64,000 nucleotides of DNA from Tessaracoccus sp. (GTDB lineage Bacteria > Actinomycetota > Actinomycetes > Propionibacteriales > Propionibacteriaceae): assembly GCA_041393555.1 (NCBI GenBank), contig JAWKJW010000021.1:4918-68917 (forward strand), in the 5' to 3' direction. Below the pieces are notes generated by a model. The model was given only the letters and a program-made list of their open reading frames with translations, had not been told where the DNA came from and made no database searches. Positions 9,815 to 19,543 of this stretch are shown here, piece by piece. The translations under genes were made by a program, and so were the position numbers. The stretch's first letter is position 1; every line of letters begins with the position of its first letter.

Positions 9815-12800
9815 GCGGGGTGTCCTTCCGGGGCGGGTGTGCCGTGGTACATGCCGATCCAATCACGCGGCACCGACACAAACTGATTGGGTGCGGTGAG
9901 CGGCAGCGAGTGGCCATCCACCATGGGGCCCAGATTTCCGTGCAGCTGGGGCACCAGGAGCCAGACGGCGGAGGGCCGGCGGGTGGCCAGATCCATCCAG
10001 CCGGAGAGCAGGTCGAGTGCGCCGTAGCGCGCGAGAAGGGAGGCGTCGAGCAGGGCAACGGGACGGCCCTCGGAGGAGTCGAGAGCGGCTTCCACGGCGT
10101 CGCTGACGGTGGAGAGGGAGCGGCCGACTAGAGCATGGAGGCCCGCCTGTGCACGGGTGCCGGGCTTCTCGGCGTCGGCGTCGACCACCACACCCCAGTC
10201 GATGCCGGCTTGGCTCGCCGTGCGGCGGAGGGCATCCATCAGGGTGTGGGCGAGATTCAACGAGACCGCGTCGAAGTGGGTGGTGAGCACATCGGCGAGC
10301 CGGTCGTGCAGGGGTGCGTCCATGCCGAGCGCAATGAAGGAGTGGCTTCGGCTGCTGTCGATGAGGCGCTGGCCCACGGCACCGGGTCCGGTGGTCTGGG
10401 TGGCCACGCTCACGGTCGTGGCAAGGCGCGAATCGAGCCCAGTGGTGTCCTTGCCCACCGCTGCGGGAGCACGATAGCCGCGTGCGGCCTCGTCGTAGTG
10501 CAGGCCTTGGCCGATGCCGTCAACGATGGCATCCAACGAGGGGCGCTGCGGCAGCGGTGCTAGTTGGGGGAAGCGAGCACGAACGCGCTCGCGCAGCTCG
10601 CTGGACGGATAGAGCTGGCCGGCGACGATGGCCGGGAGCGCGTGGGCCAGCGCGGCCCGGGCAGACAGGCCGCGATAGTGAAGCTCGCCGGCGGCAGAGG
10701 CCCCCGTGTGATGCGACATGAGCGCGGCGAGGTGCGCCAGACGATGTCCTTCTCGCAGACCGTCATATGTGTCGGCGGCGCGGGCGGGCGTGGCCTGACC
10801 CAGTATGGCGCCGAGTTGCTCGGCGGCACGCTCGGCCGGTACCAGTGCGTCCGTGTGGGCGGCGGCGTCGATCAGGGCGTCAGCGCGCCGAGCGAGTGCT
10901 TCGGCGAGATCGAGCAGGTCGTCGCGGACGGCGACCAGGAGCGGACGGCCCTCCCGGCGCCGGAACAACCAGCCCGCGCCTTCCTCGGAGTCGGGCCCCT
11001 CGGCGCGTTCTCGGGCCGTCTCGCGTTCCATCGTGCAGCGCAGCAGACCTTCGGCGAGGCGCAGGTACGTCGCCTCGTCCGTCGATGGGTCTGCCACCAT
11101 GAGGGTCATGAGGTGGTGAGCCAACTCGTCGAAGGTTGCCACGCCGCCCAGCTCGGTGAGGCGCTGCTGGACAGTCTCGGTGAGCTGTGTGAGAAGGCTC
11201 AGCGCCGCTGCGTCCGAGGCCCAGCGCTCTTGCAGCGCGCCGAGGAGCTGGCTGACCCGGCCGCGGGTGACAGGCGGAGTGAGGGCAGCGGCGAGTTCTG
11301 CCTGGGTGGCGTTGGGGTCTACGGTGCCGACCACCCCGAGCAGCAGCGAGACGAGCTCGACGGCGCGGTCTCGCCTGCCTTTCCGGGCTGCGGCCAGGAG
11401 AACGTCGGCGCACTCGTGGGGACCAGGTAGGAGCGTGCGTCCGTCAACCACCCGCCAGGCGCGGTTGCGGCGCCCGAACTTTGCGCGCCACGCTCTGGCG
11501 CGCAGCTTAACCTCTTCGCGGGTGGCTGACGCCACGCCAGGGAGACGATTGAGGCGGAGCGCATCCACTTGGGCTAGATCGCCAACCGTAACCACCTTCA
11601 ACTGTTCCAGGGCGGAGATGGCGCGAGGAGTGAGGCCTGCTTGGGTGAGAGGGGTGTCCTCGGTCGCCTGCTCGGCTAGCTGGTCAGCGTCGGCAGGGGG
11701 AACGGAACTGGTGGGGAAGCAAGCGCGCCACTCAACGAGCATCTGCGCAGCGGTGTCATGACGAGCAGAAGCCTTGCGGGCGAGGGCACGGGTGAAGAAC
11801 GAGGTAAGGGCGGATGCGGCCGAGGGGTCGAACTCCGTAGCGACGATGGTGGCCTCATCGGGAATGGCGGCGGGATCTGAGAGGCCGTCGCCATAGACAG
11901 GAACGTGGCCGGTGGCGATCTCGAACAGAACAACGGCGGCCGCGTAGCGCTCGGCGGCCGAATCGTACTGGCGGCGAGAGCCGAGGAACGGATCCAAGTA
12001 CGGGCGAGTACCGGCCTGGATGTCCGACGCGGCTGCCTTGGTCAGGGAGAAATCGAACAAGACCAGGTGCTTGGCACGGTCGTTTCGGCTGGAGCGTTCT
12101 TCGCGGATGCCGAGGTTGGCCGGTTTGATGTCGCGATGCATCACGCCGGCGTCGTCGAGCGCGACGACCGTTTCCAAGAGCTCGGTACCCCAGCGGTCGA
12201 GGAGGTCAAGGGAGAGCCGTTCCCTATTGCCCAGGTGAGCAGTCAGGGTTTCGGGGCCGGCGCTGGCCAGGACGAGGGCGCGGCGTCCGCCGACGTCGAG
12301 GGGACCCTCGAAGAGACGCACGATCCGAGGGCTGTTGAGCTGGCGCAAGGCATCGGCTTCGTCGTTGAGACGACGGGCGGCGGCGTCGTCTCGGGCAACC
12401 TTAAGAACACGCTCCGGGCGGTCGTCGGTGGCCAGGTCGGTGACCAGGAGGCCGACGGCCGTTGAGCCTGCGCCGAGGCGGCGCTGCAACTCGAAGCGCC
12501 CCGCGAGGAGGGAACCAGGGCCGGCATCGAGGGGGTCGGTGACCTCTTCCTCGGGGGGAGCCTCGGCAGCGTCCAGGGCGGACAGAAACGCGCCGACATC
12601 GGTGAGCCGTTCCGAGACCTGCGGTCGCGTGGCGCGCAGGATGGCGTCACGCAGCGCGGGCGGAGCCTCGGGGAGCTCGACCGAGACGTCTAGCCCATCC
12701 TGCTTGCGCAGGCGCGCTGTGAGATCCGCGCGAGTGGGGGCGGGTAGGCGGCCGTCGGTGACGAGATAGAAGGCGAGCGCGCCCAAGGAGAAGACGTCCA

Positions 12801-14055
12801 GGCGGAGCCTGTCCGGGGTGCCGACCCACACACCCTCGGGGGCCGTGAATGCGCCGCGCGCCCAGCGCTCCGCCTTCGGAACCTCGTCGGACAACACCTC
12901 GGCGAGTTGGGTGACGCCACGGGTGGCCTCGACGGAGGTGGCCTCGTCGATGCGTCCCACACCCTGCCAGTCGCCCACCTTGACCCGGAGACGGCCGTCC
13001 CCGCCTCGTCGCACCAGTACGGCGCGCGGATTGAGGCCGCGATGCACCACGTGGCGCCCGTGTGCGTATTGCAGGGCCTCGGCGATCAGGCGAATCAGCG
13101 CGAGCTGGTCGTCGAAGTTCAAGGGCTTCGAGAGGCCGGCGAGCCAGAGGTCCAGGCGCTGCCAGGCCCGGTCATAGGGGTAGACGAGGCCAGGACCCAG
13201 GTCGGAGTCGACGAGGTCTTCGGGGCGGAGAACGGAGTCGTGGGAGAGATGCTGCATTACCCGCACCTCGTGCTCCGCGATGCGGCGCACCCGACGGTGG
13301 GCCTCATCAGAGGAACCCTCCGGGACCGTGCGGAAGCGGATGCGACGGCGGCTCTGGAGAAGCTTGTGGGTGCCCAGCCAGTCCTGCCAGCCAGGGCCAT
13401 CCTCAAGCGGATGGTCATCGAGGATGAAGCTGCCGGCCTCGCGATGGTGCGGGCGGAGACCGGTCAACGCGATGATCTGGGCGGTGACGGCGTCGTTCGG
13501 CGGTGTGCCATGCCGAGGCGTGCCGGTGAACAGATCGGTGATAGAGGCAAGGCCGGAGCGAGCCTCGCTGTCGGGGAGCCCGTACAGATCGCGGCGGTCC
13601 TGTTCTGGCAGCTCGACGACGAGGTTGGGGTGGTGCAGGAAGACTGCCTCCTGGATGAACGGGATGACTTGGCGCGCCGGTGGTGGGGGCGAACTGAACT
13701 TGCGGCCGCTCTTCCAATCGTCGTAGGTGCGCATCAGCTTGGAGCGCAGTCGTTTGGCTTTGCGGTTGGCGAGGCGTAGCGGTGAATCCTCGGGCGCGTG
13801 GCCGCTGCGGAGCCAGGTCTGGTCGTTGCCCCGAAGGCGGCCGGAGTAGTACTTGAGCTCGATGAGGTGGAGCCCGTCTGGGGCGAGGATGAGGAGATCT
13901 ACCTCAGACCAGGTGCCGCGCTCGTCGCGGAACTCGAAATTGGTCCAGGCACGGAAGGGGGCGCGCTGGGGAAGGAGGTCGCGAATGATGCGCAGGCCCT
14001 CGGCCTCGTGCGGGAACTGGGAGGGGGTGACTTCGACCCACCGGTCGTCGACCAC
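9811..14055 (-). CDS. pglW: BREX type 2 serine/threonine kinase PglW (NERD + two kinase-like domains)
   Basis: N-terminal NERD-like EVDLLIL..LIELK, kinase HRDIKPAN, RBS AAGGAGG before the GTG; 1414 aa. Confidence 0.94.
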   Translation of the reverse strand: MVDDRWVEVTPSQFPHEAEGLRIIRDLLPQRAPFRAWTNFEFRDERGTWSEVDLLILAPDGLHLIELKYYSGRLRGNDQTWLRSGHAPEDSPLRLANRKAKRLRSKLMRTYDDWKSGRKFSSPPPPARQVIPFIQEAVFLHHPNLVVELPEQDRRDLYGLPDSEARSGLASITDLFTGTPRHGTPPNDAVTAQIIALTGLRPHHREAGSFILDDHPLEDGPGWQDWLGTHKLLQSRRRIRFRTVPEGSSDEAHRRVRRIAEHEVRVMQHLSHDSVLRPEDLVDSDLGPGLVYPYDRAWQRLDLWLAGLSKPLNFDDQLALIRLIAEALQYAHGRHVVHRGLNPRAVLVRRGGDGRLRVKVGDWQGVGRIDEATSVEATRGVTQLAEVLSDEVPKAERWARGAFTAPEGVWVGTPDRLRLDVFSLGALAFYLVTDGRLPAPTRADLTARLRKQDGLDVSVELPEAPPALRDAILRATRPQVSERLTDVGAFLSALDAAEAPPEEEVTDPLDAGPGSLLAGRFELQRRLGAGSTAVGLLVTDLATDDRPERVLKVARDDAAARRLNDEADALRQLNSPRIVRLFEGPLDVGGRRALVLASAGPETLTAHLGNRERLSLDLLDRWGTELLETVVALDDAGVMHRDIKPANLGIREERSSRNDRAKHLVLFDFSLTKAAASDIQAGTRPYLDPFLGSRRQYDSAAERYAAAVVLFEIATGHVPVYGDGLSDPAAIPDEATIVATEFDPSAASALTSFFTRALARKASARHDTAAQMLVEWRACFPTSSVPPADADQLAEQATEDTPLTQAGLTPRAISALEQLKVVTVGDLAQVDALRLNRLPGVASATREEVKLRARAWRAKFGRRNRAWRVVDGRTLLPGPHECADVLLAAARKGRRDRAVELVSLLLGVVGTVDPNATQAELAAALTPPVTRGRVSQLLGALQERWASDAAALSLLTQLTETVQQRLTELGGVATFDELAHHLMTLMVADPSTDEATYLRLAEGLLRCTMERETARERAEGPDSEEGAGWLFRRREGRPLLVAVRDDLLDLAEALARRADALIDAAAHTDALVPAERAAEQLGAILGQATPARAADTYDGLREGHRLAHLAALMSHHTGASAAGELHYRGLSARAALAHALPAIVAGQLYPSSELRERVRARFPQLAPLPQRPSLDAIVDGIGQGLHYDEAARGYRAPAAVGKDTTGLDSRLATTVSVATQTTGPGAVGQRLIDSSRSHSFIALGMDAPLHDRLADVLTTHFDAVSLNLAHTLMDALRRTASQAGIDWGVVVDADAEKPGTRAQAGLHALVGRSLSTVSDAVEAALDSSEGRPVALLDASLLARYGALDLLSGWMDLATRRPSAVWLLVPQLHGNLGPMVDGHSLPLTAPNQFVSVPRDWIGMYHGTPAPEGHPA

Positions 14056-14293
14056 GCAGTCCTCCTTGCCCCTGGGATTTCACGTCAGCTTAAGGGATCG
14101 GACTGAGGATCTGTCCAACGAGCCGATATGTGGTGCCGTCGTTGCACCAGTCTTCTCCTGGCTGAGAGGGGTCCCCGCGGATACGTGGCTTCGATGCCCT
14201 ACTTTCGTCCTTGTCCGTGCCAAAGTCGCTGGATAAGCGGTCGGGATCAGCACTGTTTCGGGACGTTCCATGAGGAGGGTGTTGAATAGACAC

Positions 14294-15421
14294 ATGCAGC
14301 TGAAGGTGGCCCGGGCCGTCACGCCCGGCGGGGTGGTCGACGATGCGGTCATCGAGATCTCTGACGGCCGGATCCGATCGGTCGCGCCCGGTGAGGGTGG
14401 GGGAGAGTTCGCCGAACTATGGGCCGTGCCGGGTTTCGTCGATACCCATTGCCATGGGGCCGTCGGGGTCAGCTTCGGAGACGACGACGTGGCGGCCAAC
14501 CTGCGAGCTATCGAATATCACCGATCGCATGGCAGCACCACGCTGTTCGCCTCGACCGTCACGCAATCCATCGAGGCTCTCGAGCGACAGCTCGTCACGT
14601 TGAAGGGCATCGTCGAGTCGGGGGAGCTGGACGGCATCCACCTGGAGGGGCCCTTCCTCGCGGCCGAGCAGAAGGGGGCGCATGCCGAGCCCTTGTTGTG
14701 CGATCCCACCCCGGAACGTGTCGAGCGTCTCATCGCCGCGGGGGCTCCGGCGCTCAAGATGATCACCCTGGCCGTCGAGCGTTCCCACGCGCAGCGGGCC
14801 GCTCGACGGTTCGTCGAGGCTGGCGTCGCGGTGGCCTTTGGGCATTCGGACGCGGATCATGAAACCACCGCCATGTCGCTGGATTGGGGTGCCTCCGTGG
14901 TCACCCATTTGTTCAATGCGATGCGCGGTATCCATCACCGCGTGCCCGGCCCGATTCCCGCCCTGCTCACCGACCGTCGGGTGATGTGCGAACTGATCTG
15001 CGACGGCATCCATCTCCACCCGTCGGTGATCGCGATGGCGATCGATGCCGCCGGTCCGGACCGGATCGCTCTGGTCACCGACGCCATGAGCGCCACCGGT
15101 CATGGAGATGGCTGCTACGTCCTGGGCGAGTTAGAAGTGGTCGTCGACAACGGCACCGCTCGCCTGGCGACGCAGGACGGTAGTCCGGGGGCGATCGCCG
15201 GCTCGACGCTCACCATGGCCAAGGCCTTCGAGTTCGTCGTCCAGCAAGCCGGGGTCAGCATCCCGATGGCCGCGACGATGGCCGCCACCACCCCGGCCGA
15301 GTGGCACGGCCTGGCTGATGTGGGCACGTTGGAACCGGGAAAACGCGCAGATATCTGTCTTGTTGACGACGACGGTATTTTGCATTGCGTAATCCGGGAC
15401 GGAAACTGGGTGCGGCGATAG
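14294..15421 (+). CDS. nagA: N-acetylglucosamine-6-phosphate deacetylase
   Basis: PGFVDTHCHG, GIHLEGPFL, THLFNAM, LVTDAM and IAGSTLTM motifs. Confidence 0.93.
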   Translation: MQLKVARAVTPGGVVDDAVIEISDGRIRSVAPGEGGGEFAELWAVPGFVDTHCHGAVGVSFGDDDVAANLRAIEYHRSHGSTTLFASTVTQSIEALERQLVTLKGIVESGELDGIHLEGPFLAAEQKGAHAEPLLCDPTPERVERLIAAGAPALKMITLAVERSHAQRAARRFVEAGVAVAFGHSDADHETTAMSLDWGASVVTHLFNAMRGIHHRVPGPIPALLTDRRVMCELICDGIHLHPSVIAMAIDAAGPDRIALVTDAMSATGHGDGCYVLGELEVVVDNGTARLATQDGSPGAIAGSTLTMAKAFEFVVQQAGVSIPMAATMAATTPAEWHGLADVGTLEPGKRADICLVDDDGILHCVIRDGNWVRR

Positions 15422-15457
15422 ACTCACGCGGGAGGATTGCAAGCCGGAGGACGAGTG

Positions 15458-16150
15458 ATGAGTGACCTTATTGATACAACAGAGATGTATCTGCGCACGG
15501 TATACGAGCTCCTGGAAGAGGGAGTTCCTCCTCTTCGTGCCCGGATTGCCGAGCGTCTGCACCAGTCCGGCCCCACGGTCTCGCAGACCGTGGCGAGGAT
15601 GGAGCGCGACGGGCTCGTCGTGGTCGAGCCCAACCGCACGATCCGTCTCACCCAGGAGGGCGCGAAGCTGGCGCGCGACGTGATGCGCAAGCACCGTCTC
15701 GCCGAATGCCTGCTCACCGAGGTGATCGGGTTGGAGTGGGAGAAGGTGCATGATGAGGCCTGTCGGTGGGAGCACGTGATCTCCGTCGATGTGGAGAAGC
15801 GCTTGGTCGAGATCCTGGATGCACCCCGTTTCTCTCCCTACGGCAACCCTATCCCCGGGCTCCGTCCGCTGGGCGTCGACGCGCATCCGGTGCGCTTCCG
15901 CGAGGGCGCTGAACCGCTGGGCGCTGAGGTGACGGAAGAGCCGCGTCGATTCGTGTTGGTCCGGATGAGTGAGAATCTTCAGGCTGATGCGGAGTTGTTG
16001 AGCCTGCTCGCCGCGTCAGGGCTGCGTCCGGGCACCTCTTTCGAAGCTGTGCGCGGAGCCGATGGGGTGCAGATCCGGTTGCCCGACGAGTCGAGCCTGG
16101 ATCTGCCTGGCGGATCCGCGGATCTCCTGTTCGTCTCGGGGGAGGAGTGA
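15458..16150 (+). CDS. ideR: DtxR/IdeR family metal-dependent transcriptional regulator
   Basis: MSDLIDTTEMYLRT..RARIAERL.QSGPTVSQTVARMERDG; EACRWEHV; SPYGNPIPGL. Confidence 0.9.
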   Translation: MSDLIDTTEMYLRTVYELLEEGVPPLRARIAERLHQSGPTVSQTVARMERDGLVVVEPNRTIRLTQEGAKLARDVMRKHRLAECLLTEVIGLEWEKVHDEACRWEHVISVDVEKRLVEILDAPRFSPYGNPIPGLRPLGVDAHPVRFREGAEPLGAEVTEEPRRFVLVRMSENLQADAELLSLLAASGLRPGTSFEAVRGADGVQIRLPDESSLDLPGGSADLLFVSGEE

Positions 16151-16153
16151 CCG

Positions 16154-16903
16154 GTGTCGGAAGCCGGCGGCAGGTGGGACGGCGATAACACCCCCGGTGC
16201 GATCGAGGCGGTCCTGAGCCGCTCTCTGGGGGGCGCTCAGACGCCCTACGACTGGTTGGCACGCGCCGTCTCGGATTCGGCTGTCCGCGTTCTCGACCTG
16301 GCGTGCGGCGCAGGGGCCATGATCGACCGGCTGGCCAAGCCCGGACGTCTCGTCGTGGGCCTAGATCTGTCACCTGCCGAATTGGGTGAAGCTCGGTTGC
16401 GGGGCCGCGGGCCGCTGGTGCAAGCAGACGGTAACTACCTTCCGTTCCAGGATGAGTATTTCGATGCGGTGGTCTCGTCGATCGGACTCGCGGTCGTGCC
16501 AGACCGTGAGCGGTTGTTCTCCGAAGTCTCGCGAGTGCTGCGGCCGGGGGGAGTGTTTGCTGGTCTGACGCCGTCGCTGCGCCCCCTGAACATAGAGAAC
16601 GCGCGGTTGTTGAGCCGGCTGAGCAGTCACCTGAGGCGCACCGCTCAGCTACCGGGATTCGTCGAGTTCAAGGCCAAGAAGATGCTGGGATCGGTGGGAT
16701 TGACCAAATCCGAGGACTCCCGGGCTCGCTACTTCTTCGAGGTGCACGGCCCCAACGACGCTGAGATCCTGTTCGACGGCCTCCGTGCGCCGAAGGATCC
16801 GACCCGGCGTGCCGCCGCCACGGCATTCCTGCTCAGCAGGGCTGATCGTCACGGCTCCGTCCGCGTCCCGCTGCCCATGCGCCGGATCACGGCGATCAAA
16901 TAG
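16154..16903 (+). CDS. Class I SAM-dependent methyltransferase
   Basis: VLDLACGAG, GLDLS, LPF.D..FDAV, RVLRPGG. Confidence 0.85.
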   Translation: MSEAGGRWDGDNTPGAIEAVLSRSLGGAQTPYDWLARAVSDSAVRVLDLACGAGAMIDRLAKPGRLVVGLDLSPAELGEARLRGRGPLVQADGNYLPFQDEYFDAVVSSIGLAVVPDRERLFSEVSRVLRPGGVFAGLTPSLRPLNIENARLLSRLSSHLRRTAQLPGFVEFKAKKMLGSVGLTKSEDSRARYFFEVHGPNDAEILFDGLRAPKDPTRRAAATAFLLSRADRHGSVRVPLPMRRITAIK

Positions 16904-16925
16904 CCCGCCTTCGCCAGTTCGCTAA

Positions 16926-17304
16926 TGCGAAAGTATGCGAGCTTCCCGTTTGTCGGTCCCTGATGCGAAAGTGTGTGGCGGATCCCATATTCAGGTCCCT
17001 GAGGTGCGAGCGCCAGCGAGCCTCGAAGGGCGTGAAACGGAAACCCTGGGCACAGACCCTGCCCAAAGCCTTAGTCAACGCCCTTCGAGGCTCCTCGCAG
17101 AGCTCGTCACACCTCAGGGACCTGACCAAGGGGTCCCTTCGGTCACTTTCCTGCCCCATGGTGGCCGGAGCCGGTGCGGTCCCTGAGGTGCGAGGAACGA
17201 GCCTCGAAGGGCGGTCCCTGATGCGAAAGTATCGCTACTTTCCCACCTCACGGTGGCGGCGAAGCAGCCCGGAAGCTGAGGTGCGAGGAACGAGCCGCGA
17301 AGGG
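16926..17304. repeat. Cluster of REP/BIME-like repeats (core CTGAGGTGCGAG..CGAGCCTCGAAGGG)
   Basis: Copies at about 16994, 17079 (inverted), 17178 and 17276, plus TGCGAAAGT units at about 16926, 16964 and 17222. Confidence 0.75.
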
Positions 17305-17390
17305 TACCCCCAGGGTATGGGAATAATTCGGGTATCGTGGCGGTTGTACCGTTGGTCGAAACAAGAGCACTCTGCCGAAAGGGCAATTTC

Positions 17391-17743
17391 ATGGCTACCA
17401 CCGCACTGACTTCCGCCGACTTCGCGAGCACCATCGAAGGCAACGACGTGGTTCTCGTCGATTTCTGGGCCGACTGGTGTGGCCCCTGCAAGCGCTTTGC
17501 GCCTATCTACGAGGAGGCTTCGGCGCGCCACGGGGACGTCGTCTTCGCCAAGGTGGATACCGAGGATGCCCGCGACCTGGCCGCGGCGCTCGAGATCCAG
17601 TCCATCCCGACGATCATGGGGTTCCGCGAGGGCGGCTGGTGTTCCGTCAGGCGGGGCTTCTCAATGGGAAGCAGCTGGATTCGCTCGTCGAGCAGATCAG
17701 GGCGCTGGACATGGAGGAGCTGCGCAAGCAGGCCAACGCCTGA
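17391..17743 (+). CDS. trxA: Thioredoxin, with an apparent 1-nt frameshift near 17634
   Basis: DFWADWCGPCK; the C-terminus LVFRQAGLL...ALDMEELRKQANA continues in another frame. Confidence 0.88.
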
Positions 17744-17762
17744 GCCCGCTCGCCATCGTTTT

Positions 17763-17800
17763 CCACAACCGTCCGTCTCTATGGAGACGGACGGTTGTGG
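17763..17800 (+). terminator. Hairpin after trxA
   Basis: CCACAACCGTCCGTCTC-TATG-GAGACGGACGGTTGTGG perfect stem. Confidence 0.75.
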
Positions 17801-17905
17801 CATTTACAACGCCTTTTCCTTGTGAAAATCTACTTCTACCCCTGTGCCGCACGAATCCTTGGGGATAACTACTATGGGTCGTAGACCGCTACTCAAGGAG
17901 TCGCC

Positions 17906-19543
17906 ATGGCACAGGAGCCGAAGGATCTGACCCTACTTCCCGACCTCTCTCAGGGACTGGGGCGCGTCGCTCCTGTGCGAAGCAGAAAACCCGTGTACCT
18001 GGACATGCTGCCGCCCTGCAACGCGGCGTGCCCGGCGGGGGAGAACATCCAGGAATGGCTCCGCCTCATCAAGGCGGGCGAGGAGGAAGCCGCCTGGCGT
18101 CAGCTCACCAGGGACAATCCGTTCCCCGCGATCCACGGCCGCGTCTGCTACCACCCCTGCGAGACGTCCTGTAATAGGGCGGACCTCGATGAGGCCGTCT
18201 CCATCCGTTCCGTGGAGCGTTTCCTCGGTGACCTGGCGATCGAGAAGGGCTGGTCGTTCACCAAGCCCTCGCGAACGTCGGGGCGCCGGGTGCTGGTCGT
18301 CGGTGCCGGACCGTCGGGCCTGTCGGCGGCCTATCACTTGACGAGGCTGGGGCACGCCGTCGAGATCCACGATGCGGGCGAACTTCCCGGCGGCATGATG
18401 CGCTATGGCATCCCGGAGTACCGCTTGCCACGCGACGTGCTGGATGCCGAGATCGCGCGTCTGGTCGACCTGGGTGTGGTCTTCACGCAGAACAACCCCA
18501 TCAAGAACCTCCTCGACACTCAGGAGGAGGGCGGTTTCGACGCGGTCTTCGTTGCTGTGGGTGCGCATCTCAGCCGTCGGGTCGATATCCCCAGCGGAGA
18601 TGCGTCGCGGATCGTCGATGCGGTCAGCTTCCTGCGCGACGTGGCCTCCGGCGAACGGCCGGTGATCGGGCGCCGGGTCGCCGTCTACGGTGGCGGTAAT
18701 ACCGCCATGGATGCCGCGCGCGTGGCTCGTCGGCTCGGTGCCGAGGAATCGGTCATCGTTTATCGGCGCACCCAAGAGCAGATGCCCGCCCACGAGGAGG
18801 AGCGGCTCGACGCGGAGCGTGAAGGCGTCAAGATGAACTGGCTGCGCACGATCACCGAGATGGAGGACAGCGATCTCACCGTGGAGATCATGGAGCTCGA
18901 CGAGAATGGCAGAGCCCGGGGCACCGGCCGATTCGAGCGGCTGGAGGCCGACACCGTCATCCTGGCTGTTGGCCAGCGCGCGGATACCGATTTCCTGCAC
19001 GCCGTGCCCGGAATGACCTTCAAGGACGACGTCGTCGACGTCGATCCCGCCACGTTGATGACCTCGGTGCCCGGGATCTTCGCGGGTGGCGATGCGGTTC
19101 CCTCCGACCGCACCGTCACCATCGGCGTGGGTCACGGCAAGAAAGCCGCCAATCGGATCGATGCGTGGCTCAATCGTGAGCATCCGTTGAATCCGGTCAA
19201 GCACCCCATCGTCACGCTGGACCAGATGAACATCTGGTACTTCGGCGGTCACGATCGGCGTCAGCACGAGGAGGCTGAGGTTTCGGAGCGAGTTACCAGT
19301 TTCACCGAGATCGTCGCAGGGCTGACCCCTGACGAGGCACGGTTCGAAGCCGCGCGGTGCCTGTCGTGCGGTAACTGTTTCGAGTGCGACGGCTGCTTCG
19401 GCGCGTGTCCCGAGGATGCGGTGATCAAGCTCGGCAAGGGTAAGCGCTATCGCTTCGACTACGAGCTCTGTACCGGCTGTGCCGCCTGCTACGACCAGTG
19501 CCCCGTGCACGCCATCGAGATGATCCAGGAGGGGCAGCGATGA
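17906..19543 (+). CDS. GltD-like NAD(P)/FAD oxidoreductase with C-terminal 4Fe-4S dicluster
   Basis: PCNAACPAG, GRVCYHPCE, GAGPSG, GGGNTAMD and C-terminal CxxCxxCxxxCP motifs. Confidence 0.88.
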   Translation: MAQEPKDLTLLPDLSQGLGRVAPVRSRKPVYLDMLPPCNAACPAGENIQEWLRLIKAGEEEAAWRQLTRDNPFPAIHGRVCYHPCETSCNRADLDEAVSIRSVERFLGDLAIEKGWSFTKPSRTSGRRVLVVGAGPSGLSAAYHLTRLGHAVEIHDAGELPGGMMRYGIPEYRLPRDVLDAEIARLVDLGVVFTQNNPIKNLLDTQEEGGFDAVFVAVGAHLSRRVDIPSGDASRIVDAVSFLRDVASGERPVIGRRVAVYGGGNTAMDAARVARRLGAEESVIVYRRTQEQMPAHEEERLDAEREGVKMNWLRTITEMEDSDLTVEIMELDENGRARGTGRFERLEADTVILAVGQRADTDFLHAVPGMTFKDDVVDVDPATLMTSVPGIFAGGDAVPSDRTVTIGVGHGKKAANRIDAWLNREHPLNPVKHPIVTLDQMNIWYFGGHDRRQHEEAEVSERVTSFTEIVAGLTPDEARFEAARCLSCGNCFECDGCFGACPEDAVIKLGKGKRYRFDYELCTGCAACYDQCPVHAIEMIQEGQR

